Shown here: positions 56,736 through 64,000 of the stretch, in pieces
How positions within the stretch are numbered: position 1 is the stretch's first letter
Layout of the letters: the number at the start of each line of letters is the position of its first letter
NCBI GenBank assembly: GCA_043827085.1
Contig: JBDRPO010000004.1
Coordinates: 2,847-66,846, forward strand
Length of the DNA stretch: 64,000 nucleotides
Source: a bacterium
Lineage (GTDB): Bacteria > Patescibacteriota > Microgenomatia > UBA1400 > UBA12108
Direction of reading: 5' to 3'
The notes under the pieces: model-generated
The model's database searches: none
Told to the model about the DNA's origin: nothing
The model's input: the letters and a program-made list of their open reading frames with translations, nothing else
Made by a program: the position numbers and the translations under genes

Positions 56736-57575
56736 ATGTTTACCCACTACCTCCCCCTCGCCATTCTTGCCGGTCTCGGCACGATTGGTTTTAACACTTT
56801 CAACAGGAAAACTCTCCAAAAAGGCCACGACTCCACCGTCTATGCTTGGCTCTTTGAAGTATTGCGTGTTCTCATTTTCCTTCCCTTCCTCCTCTTTGAC
56901 TACCAAGTGGTCTGGTCCTGGGCCAGTGCCAGAGCCTTCATTATCATGGGTTTCACCGAATTAGTCTCAGTCTATCTCTTCATGAAAATGCATTCCCATT
57001 CCGATCTCTCCATTTCCTCTATTTTTTCTCGTCTACGCATCATCTGGACTCCAATTGTTGGTTTTCTCATCCTCGGTGAAATCTTGACTCCTATGCAATA
57101 TCTAGGCATTCTTGTCATCTTTGCCGGTTGCTTATTTGTCTATTTCGCCAATAGGAATGGTTCCCTCCGAGGCCTCATTTATGCCTTCCTTTTTTCTTTG
57201 GTGAATGCATGTTCCAATGTTTTTGTAAAACAAGCCTCGGTCTATGCTTCCTCGAGTATGATTACCATCTTGTTTTCCCTTCCTGCCGCACTCTTTATCC
57301 CCATCATTATGCGTAGTGCTCGCACTCGGATCTCTCACAATCTAATTCCTGTTATACGCCCACTATTTACTGCCTCCCTTTTTAACGCTCTCACGATGTT
57401 TACCCTCATTTCTGCCCTCCGCCTCGCCCCCGCAGGCCAAGTTACAGGAATCTATCAGGGTATTGCCACCCTCACCATTTTTTCCGGTATATTTATCTTG
57501 GGAGAACACGATCATAAATGGGTTAAACTCATAGCCGGTCTCGCTACCACAGTCGGAATTATACTGCTTGTATAA
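56736..57575 (+). CDS. EamA/DMT-family transporter
   Basis: 10 TM helices in two EamA-like halves. Confidence 0.7.
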   Translation: MFTHYLPLAILAGLGTIGFNTFNRKTLQKGHDSTVYAWLFEVLRVLIFLPFLLFDYQVVWSWASARAFIIMGFTELVSVYLFMKMHSHSDLSISSIFSRLRIIWTPIVGFLILGEILTPMQYLGILVIFAGCLFVYFANRNGSLRGLIYAFLFSLVNACSNVFVKQASVYASSSMITILFSLPAALFIPIIMRSARTRISHNLIPVIRPLFTASLFNALTMFTLISALRLAPAGQVTGIYQGIATLTIFSGIFILGEHDHKWVKLIAGLATTVGIILLV

Positions 57576-57583
57576 TCCTATCT

Positions 57584-58444
57584 ATGCAGTTATGGCTTGT
57601 GTATTCCCTACTATCTGTTTTATCACTGGCTGGATCAGAGATATCGCAAAAAATATCTCTAACTCAAAAAGTTGATATCTCCGCCATCACCAATAATTTC
57701 TTTGTTTGGACTTTTCAAGGAATCATTGGGCTAGTACTGGCCTTATTACTGGGTCAGTTCTCATTAAGCTTACCAACCACAATGATTTGGAAATTAGTAA
57801 TGATTAGTTTCATTTACTTCGCAGGGGGAACTGCCTTCTATACCAGTTACAAAGGCAACAGCCCAAGCATTTCCATTATTTTCGGGACAATATCCGTAGT
57901 TATTAGTAGCTTACTTGGAGCAATTTTCCTCAACGATTTATACACTGGTCTCAAAGTTGTAGGGATAATGCTCATTCTCTCTGCGATAATTTTCCTCAAC
58001 TACAAGAGAACTGAGAAACTTAGTAAATATAATCTCTACGCCGTTATAGGTGGCATCTGTTTTGGTGTCGCCTTTACCCTCGACAAGTCGATGGCCACCA
58101 CCATATCACCCTTTATGTATTTGGGGTTGATGTGTTTGGGTGTTGCAGTAGTCAGCGCCATCACCAGCTTCAAACTGATTAGACAAGAAACAAGCAAGTT
58201 AACAAGCAAAAATTTCATCCCCATGTTATCCTCAGCCAGCTTCGGTTCTTCATTTAACCTCTTAACTTTTTTTGCCTACAGAAATGGTGCCAATGTGGGA
58301 GTGGCTGATGCTATCAACAATACAACTGTCTTTTTCGTGATCCTCCTCGAGATAATACTTTTAAAAGATAAAGAAAATCTTACGAAAAAAATTCTTGCTG
58401 CCATTATTGCAATTTTGGGTGTAATCCTAATAGGAGCAAGTTAG
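57584..58444 (+). CDS. EamA/DMT-family transporter (tandem paralogue)
   Basis: 10 TM helices, tandem to the preceding DMT gene. Confidence 0.7.
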   Translation: MQLWLVYSLLSVLSLAGSEISQKISLTQKVDISAITNNFFVWTFQGIIGLVLALLLGQFSLSLPTTMIWKLVMISFIYFAGGTAFYTSYKGNSPSISIIFGTISVVISSLLGAIFLNDLYTGLKVVGIMLILSAIIFLNYKRTEKLSKYNLYAVIGGICFGVAFTLDKSMATTISPFMYLGLMCLGVAVVSAITSFKLIRQETSKLTSKNFIPMLSSASFGSSFNLLTFFAYRNGANVGVADAINNTTVFFVILLEIILLKDKENLTKKILAAIIAILGVILIGAS

Positions 58445-58605
58445 ACTTGGTGAGCAAGACGTGAGAAATATTCACATTTTCTGAATGCAATTGTATCAAC
58501 AATCCCCATTCTGTGATTTAATTAATGTATTAATTAATTTAATAACAACAACTAGTTTGGAATTTGGTTATTGTTATTTGGAATTTACTCCTGAAAGGAG
58601 TTTAT

Positions 58606-58884
58606 ATGCCCGCCACAAAGAAAGCCAAGAAACCCTTAGTTAGCAAGAAAACCCAAGAAGAATTCAAGGTCGAAGGTAAAAAAGTCCTCAGCAAAGTCAA
58701 AGCGTTGATCAAAGAGGGGAACGTGAGGAAAATCACCGTCAAAGACAATAAGAGCAAAACTATTCTCTCTCTCCCCGTCACCGCCGGCGTAATTGGCGCT
58801 CTTATCCTCCCCCCACTCGTCGTGGTCGGTGCGATCGCAGCCCTCATCACCGAGTGCACGATCACAGTTCAAAGAGAAAAATAA
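58606..58884 (+). CDS. DUF4342-like small protein
   Basis: Start at MPATKK with an AAAGGAG ribosome-binding site. KVEGKKVLSKVKALIKEGNVRKITVKD...PVTAGVIGALILPPLVVVGAIAALITECTITVQRE matches the recalled DUF4342 pattern. Confidence 0.45.
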   Translation: MPATKKAKKPLVSKKTQEEFKVEGKKVLSKVKALIKEGNVRKITVKDNKSKTILSLPVTAGVIGALILPPLVVVGAIAALITECTITVQREK

Positions 58885-58886
58885 CT

Positions 58887-59843
58887 CTACTTCAGGAGTC
58901 GGAGCAACTTCCACCTCAGATTTTCAACTAACCGGTAAATCTGGTACAACATCGGTCTCGCCACGTAGTCCCAAGTCCCAATGTATTCCACATGCCTTGC
59001 TCCGTAGCCCGATTTGAAGGTGTGGAACCCAAACCACGGGTCATTTGGGTCAGGCTCTGGTCCAAGCGCTCCCCACATATCCAGGTACTTCAATTTCCAT
59101 TTCTTGGCGAGGCGGATTGCCTCCCACATCACAAGGTTATTTGCCATTACTTCCCGGTGTTCTCGAGTTGAGGCTCCGTATGGGTAATACAATGTATCTC
59201 CAAACTTAAATACCACCCAGGTAGTAATAATTTGCCCCTCATACTTGGCCACGAGTAAATGTGCAATTCCTGCTGGATGCAAGGTCTCCCACATCTTCCG
59301 GTGATACTCTCGCGAATGCGCATAAAATCCCTGTCTCTTGGTTGTCTCCTTCGTCAATTCTAGATATTTTTCAAATGCCTCGTTACTATCATCCAATTCT
59401 ACCGTCACTCCCTTCTTCTCCGCCACTTTTATGTTGTACCTAGTCTTCTGTTTAAAGTTGGCTAGGAGCTCTTCTTCGGTCGGTTGCACGTCAAGCACAA
59501 AATTATATTTAGTAAATAGTGGTCTCCCCGCCACAAGCCCCCATTTACTAAAATCTAGAGTCTGGAATCTGGCATCTGATACTTCGACCTTCGGCTCTAC
59601 CTTAATCAGAATACAATTATTCTCGCGAGCTATTTTCTTCAATGTTTCAGTCATCTTTCTATCAGGCATTCTAGCTTTCGGGCAATACCCCACGCTCCAT
59701 GGTGTATGGGTAATTCTGTGGATCGTGACCTGCAACTGGTCTTCCCGTACCACCTTGACACCAGTTTTCTCGCGGAACTCCCCCCACTCCCAGCTTTGTA
59801 GTGGATGCGCTACCTGTTTATTCCATTCTTCTCTTGTTTCCAT
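58887..59843 (-). CDS. FemAB-family peptidoglycan interpeptide-bridge aminoacyltransferase
   Basis: Two GNAT-like halves (KTRYNIKVAEKKGV... and ...TWVVFKFGDTLYYPYGAS), as in FemX/FemAB. Confidence 0.75.
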   Translation of the reverse strand: METREEWNKQVAHPLQSWEWGEFREKTGVKVVREDQLQVTIHRITHTPWSVGYCPKARMPDRKMTETLKKIARENNCILIKVEPKVEVSDARFQTLDFSKWGLVAGRPLFTKYNFVLDVQPTEEELLANFKQKTRYNIKVAEKKGVTVELDDSNEAFEKYLELTKETTKRQGFYAHSREYHRKMWETLHPAGIAHLLVAKYEGQIITTWVVFKFGDTLYYPYGASTREHREVMANNLVMWEAIRLAKKWKLKYLDMWGALGPEPDPNDPWFGFHTFKSGYGARHVEYIGTWDYVARPMLYQIYRLVENLRWKLLRLLK

Positions 59844-59857
59844 ACCTTAATTGTACC

Positions 59858-61840
59858 CTACCTATTTAAGAGTTCCTCGACCGACATATTCCCCGACAGA
59901 AAGTCATCGAGCGTTGAATCATCCAAACTATCGATCCTGATTCCAGTTTTTTTGGTATTTAACTTGGCTCCATGCTCCCGCCAAAACTTCTCATTTTCTT
60001 TATCACTGAACTTGATCCGGTTATCAACCGGCGTATTGTTCAGGGGGTTAGTCGTCAAACTGAGTTCAAACAGCTTCTGGTCGATCTCGTCCACAAATCG
60101 ACTTCTGACCTGGTACCCAGTGCTGCCCCAGATATTTCTTTGCTTTGCCCACGATATATACAACTTCTCCTTCGCTCGGGTGATCCCCACATACGCGAGC
60201 CTCCGCTCCTCCTCCATTTCTTCACTCGACATGAGTGACCGCGAGTGGGGGAATAGCCCCTCCTCCATCCCAATGAGGAATACGATTGGGAATTCTAGTC
60301 CCTTGGCCGCATGTAGTGTCATCAAAGTTACCGCGTCTCGCTTCTCTCCTCTCCCTAACTTTTCCCCCTCATAATACTCCGCTTGTACAAGCGCTACGTT
60401 TTCCAAAAACTCACTCATTTGACTAAACTCAGTCGCAACCGCCTGCAGTTCTTTTACGTTCTCGATTCTCGCCAAATCCTCCTCCACTTCTTCTTCAAAT
60501 TGATCTAGATATTTCGAAGCTTCTAGTATCATCCCCAAGGTCTCAGCGGGTGGGATTATCTTGACGTCCAGCTTCTCACCCAGGGCTAGCACCATCGCCA
60601 GCCGCCTCTTCCCCAGTTTTTCTGTTCGGCGCATACTCACTCCATCTTTAGGATTGAGCAGTATCCGCAAATAAGCCAGTAAATCTTTAATTTCTTTTCG
60701 CTCGTAAAACTTAGTGCCGCCTATTAGGACATAAGGAATGCCAGCTCGGATAAAGGATTCCTCGATTGCCCGCGACTGTGCATTGGTCCGGTATAGAAGA
60801 GCGATATCATGCCAGTCGTGTTTCTCGTGCAATTTTGTGATCTCAGCCGTGATCCGCATCGCCTCGTCTAGGCCACTATATGCTTCAATCAAAGTTATCT
60901 TCTCCCCAGCTCCAGTCTCGGTCCAAAGCGACAGAATGGGGTGATTTTTATTGTGTTCAATTACGTTCGTAGCCGCGTCCAGTATGTTCTGCGTCGAGCG
61001 ATAATTCCGCGACAACTGGATCTCAGTCAAGTCGGTATACTCCCGCTTGAGCTTAGCCATGTTCCGGTAGTCCGCTCCCCGCCACCGATAAATCGACTGC
61101 GACGCGTCCCCGACGACCGTTAGTTGTTTATATTTATTGGCGAGTAAGGTAGTAAACAGGTACTGCGCCGTATTAGTATCTTGGTACTCGTCTACAAAGA
61201 TGTAGCGGAACTGATCCTGGTATCGCGCTAAAATGCTTTGATTCTCTCTCATTAACTTGATGACCAAGTTCAGGAGATCATCAAAATCTACCGCTCCATA
61301 ATTCTTCAGTTGTTTCTGGTACTTGCTATAAACTTGGGCTACTACTTCCTGAAATGGGCCTCGCGCCATCTCGTTGTAACTTTCTGGAATTACCATCTCT
61401 TGCTTAGCTGAGGAAATCGCTCCCATCAAAGCGCGAACGCGGAAGCGTTTAGGATCGAGCTGCAAACTTGCTGAGATTTCCTTTACAAGATCTTCCTGGT
61501 CACCATCATCATAAATAACAAAGTCAGGTGAGAGCCCAAGAGCTACGGCATCTCTTCTAAGGATCCTCGCTGCCATCGAGTGGAAAGTCCCTACGTTTGG
61601 CACTCTTACCCCCACAATTTTAGCAAGTCTCTCTCTCATCTCTCCCGCCGCTTTATTGGTAAACGTTACCATCAGTAGTTGATCTGGGAGAATTGTTTTG
61701 GTATTGATCAGGTGGGCTGCTTTATATGTCAATGTTTTAGTCTTCCCCGACCCAGCTCCAGCGAGTATTAGTAGAGGACTCCCCGTGTGTTCAACCGCTT
61801 CTCTCTGTTTATCGTTCAATTCGTCGAGATATTCATTCAT
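59858..61840 (-). CDS. pcrA: ATP-dependent DNA helicase PcrA/UvrD
   Basis: LNDKQREAV, Walker A AGAGSGKT and helicase motifs II-VI (VDEYQDTN, LSRNYRST). ATG at 61840; the track ORF begins with TTG at 61849. Confidence 0.9.
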   Translation of the reverse strand: MNEYLDELNDKQREAVEHTGSPLLILAGAGSGKTKTLTYKAAHLINTKTILPDQLLMVTFTNKAAGEMRERLAKIVGVRVPNVGTFHSMAARILRRDAVALGLSPDFVIYDDGDQEDLVKEISASLQLDPKRFRVRALMGAISSAKQEMVIPESYNEMARGPFQEVVAQVYSKYQKQLKNYGAVDFDDLLNLVIKLMRENQSILARYQDQFRYIFVDEYQDTNTAQYLFTTLLANKYKQLTVVGDASQSIYRWRGADYRNMAKLKREYTDLTEIQLSRNYRSTQNILDAATNVIEHNKNHPILSLWTETGAGEKITLIEAYSGLDEAMRITAEITKLHEKHDWHDIALLYRTNAQSRAIEESFIRAGIPYVLIGGTKFYERKEIKDLLAYLRILLNPKDGVSMRRTEKLGKRRLAMVLALGEKLDVKIIPPAETLGMILEASKYLDQFEEEVEEDLARIENVKELQAVATEFSQMSEFLENVALVQAEYYEGEKLGRGEKRDAVTLMTLHAAKGLEFPIVFLIGMEEGLFPHSRSLMSSEEMEEERRLAYVGITRAKEKLYISWAKQRNIWGSTGYQVRSRFVDEIDQKLFELSLTTNPLNNTPVDNRIKFSDKENEKFWREHGAKLNTKKTGIRIDSLDDSTLDDFLSGNMSVEELLNR

Positions 61841-61860
61841 AAGGTACAATAGTACTACAT

Positions 61861-62517
61861 ATGACCTTCCTAGTCGTGGCCAATTTCAAATCCAACAAGA
61901 ATTTAGCCGAGGTCGAATCCTGGATAACTTCAGTTGCTCCCACTCCCGGCATGGTTATTGCTCCCACTTCTTCTCACCTCAATCTATTTGCTGACAAGTC
62001 ATTTGTCCTGGCTGGACAAGACGTCTCGCAGTTCCCTCCAGGAAGCTACACCGGGGCGGTAAACTCTCGCCAGCTCAAGGACCTTGGTGTCTCCTATTGT
62101 ATCGTCGGCCACTCCGAACGCAGGCGCTACTTCCACGAAACACCAGCTGACGTGGCAGGCAAAGTCCGCGAACTACTTGCCGTCGGTATCACCCCCATCC
62201 TCTGTATGGAAGAAGGGGATATCGCGCCCCAATTTGCCGCTCTCGACGATGAGTATTACTCTCAGTGTATCTATTGTTTCGAACCCGCCGCCGACATAGG
62301 AGGTGTCACAACCGCCCCCTCCGATCTAATAGTTAGTGTCAAAGATAAAATCGTTAGCTTTGTCCCCGGTGCCAAATTTATGTACGGTGGCTCCGTGACA
62401 GGAGACAATATTACTTCTCTTCTTCCCCTTAATCTCACCGGGGTCTTAGTCGCAACTGCTAGCCTGAATCCTCAAAGTTTTTTATCAATCATAGACAAAA
62501 TTCCTCATGCTAGCTAA
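61861..62517 (+). CDS. tpiA: Triosephosphate isomerase
   Basis: ANFK, GHSERR and the catalytic loop region. Confidence 0.88.
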   Translation: MTFLVVANFKSNKNLAEVESWITSVAPTPGMVIAPTSSHLNLFADKSFVLAGQDVSQFPPGSYTGAVNSRQLKDLGVSYCIVGHSERRRYFHETPADVAGKVRELLAVGITPILCMEEGDIAPQFAALDDEYYSQCIYCFEPAADIGGVTTAPSDLIVSVKDKIVSFVPGAKFMYGGSVTGDNITSLLPLNLTGVLVATASLNPQSFLSIIDKIPHAS

Positions 62518-63478
62518 AAAGATTATCCTCGCAGTTGTCCTGTCAGTTGCCGTCTTGGCGGGTTCTTGGTACTACCACAATAGAACAGCTCAAAACATCG
62601 TGAGCGGCGTGATTGGCAATCCAGCCTCGAACCTCAAATCCACCGACAGTCGTACCAATGTCCTCTTGCTCGGCATCGGTGGTGACGGCCACGAGGGGGG
62701 AGACCTAACCGACAGCATGCTCCTGGCCTCTTTTGATTTGACCGGGAACAAAGTCAAGCTGATCCCCATCCCCCGCGACGTCTGGATCCCCTCTCTCCAA
62801 GCCAAAGTAAATACTGCCTATCACTACGGAAATGTTCAAAGAGAAAGCGGGGGTCGCGATCTCGCCAAATCAGCCGTCGCCGAGGTACTGGGTATCCCCG
62901 TCCACTACGCCTTTGTCTTAGATTTTCAAGGTTTTGTCCGCGCGATCGACATCGTTGGTGGTATAGACGTAAATGTCGACAGGTCGTTTGACGATTACAA
63001 ATACCCAATCCCTGGGATGGAAAATGCCGAACCCGAAAGCGCCCGCTACGAACACATTCACTTCGACGCTGGGGCCGCTCACATGGATGGCACGACCGCC
63101 TTAAAATTCGCTCGTTCTCGCCATGCCGAGGGAGACGAGGGTACCGATTTTGCTCGCGCCGCTCGTCAAGAAAAAATCATTCTTGCCTTCCGCAACAAAT
63201 TCTTCTCGACGGGAACTCTGTTTGACTCGTCCATCTTGGGTGAACTAAAAGACAGCGTGGTGGGTTCAATCGACACCGACATCGAGGGGAGCGAGCAGGG
63301 GAGTTTCCTCAAAGTTTTTCTGGGACTAGGCAACAAAGACAATATCAAAAGCTTATCGCTCACCGATCTTTTCGAGAACCCCAAAAGTACCAGAGTCTAT
63401 GGTGGTCAATGGGTATTAATCCCCAATACTTCATGGGAAGAAATTCACGCCTATGTGGCAGAAAATCTGGCAAAGTAA
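62507..63478 (+). CDS. LytR-CpsA-Psr (LCP) family cell-wall glycopolymer transferase
   Basis: N-terminal TM helix, then the LCP core (TNVLLLGIGGDG..D..DSMLLASFD...IPRD). Confidence 0.85.
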   Translation: MLAKKIILAVVLSVAVLAGSWYYHNRTAQNIVSGVIGNPASNLKSTDSRTNVLLLGIGGDGHEGGDLTDSMLLASFDLTGNKVKLIPIPRDVWIPSLQAKVNTAYHYGNVQRESGGRDLAKSAVAEVLGIPVHYAFVLDFQGFVRAIDIVGGIDVNVDRSFDDYKYPIPGMENAEPESARYEHIHFDAGAAHMDGTTALKFARSRHAEGDEGTDFARAARQEKIILAFRNKFFSTGTLFDSSILGELKDSVVGSIDTDIEGSEQGSFLKVFLGLGNKDNIKSLSLTDLFENPKSTRVYGGQWVLIPNTSWEEIHAYVAENLAK

Positions 63479-64000
63479 ATACTTCTTCTGGACTATTTTT
63501 CTCCTCGCGATGGGGATCAGGGTATATGGTGCCTCGACCGAAGCTCAGTCATACGACATCGGTACCTATCACGCTTGGGGCAATCACTTGCTCGAGGTTG
63601 GTCCTCGCCATTTTTTTGACAATATTTGGTCAGATTATCTCCCTCTCCCCATTTTGACTTTCGCTGTCCCCGCTTGGATCTCTCAAATTCTCCACCTCAA
63701 TTTTTCGCTCGTTTTCAAACTCTTTCACAGTCTGATCGAAGTCATCCTCATCCTCGTGCTCGGCCAGACCCTCGGTAAGTCTTTTCGCTGGATAGTATTC
63801 CTCCTTTTGTTGTCTCCGGTTTTGATTGGCGATACTTCTTTTTGGGGACAAGTCGATAGTCTTCCCTCACTCCTTGCCCTGTTGTCTCTCTCGCGCCTAC
63901 TCACGCCCGGTGTGAAGGGTGCCCACACACCGGGCGTGTTTATTTTCGCAATCCTTTACGGGTTATCTGTAGCCTACAAACCTATCATGATTTTAATCGC
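63452..64000 (+). CDS. Polytopic membrane protein, probable GT-C-type glycosyltransferase (5' partial; continues beyond the window)
   Basis: Open frame from ATG 63452 to the window end, with several TM helices. Contains an in-frame 36-bp perfect palindrome at 63903-63938. Confidence 0.4.

Overview
The window opens on a chromosomal replication-origin neighbourhood: dnaN, a DnaA-box cluster, dnaA, rpmH (44 aa, missed by the >=60-aa ORF track), rnpA, yidD, yidC and jag. The organism is a compact genome with moderate GC and Gram-positive-type envelope functions (FemAB, LCP, VanW, M23 peptidase, a DUF4012-like giant protein, a WecA/GT-C/GT2/UbiA glycan cluster). That and the tight gene packing point to a CPR/Patescibacteria (Saccharibacteria-like) bacterium; this is inference only. 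Core genes present are valS, metG, groES-groEL (with a CIRCE operator), gap, tpiA, pyrH, rplY, kbl-tdh, pcrA/uvrD, rmuC, an AddA-like helicase-nuclease, two YidC paralogues, hsp20 and tRNA-Cys. The most unusual layer is a set of at least 6-8 families of short palindromic, MITE/REP-like repeats. They sit at gene ends and, repeatedly, in frame inside protein-coding genes, in the manner of Rickettsia palindromic elements. They occur together with an IS200-like HuH/Y1 (RAYT-type) tyrosine transposase. Other accessory features are an IS with perfect 49-bp terminal inverted repeats and a two-ORF DDE transposase, and a free-standing LAGLIDADG homing endonuclease wedged between tRNA-Cys and gap in an AT-rich patch. 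There are three type II toxin-antitoxin pairs, an AT-rich HNH-endonuclease islet, and a perfect 4-copy heptanucleotide tandem repeat inside tdh. Several conserved palindromic operator-like motifs are shared between unrelated promoters. No CRISPR array, rRNA or prophage was recognised.
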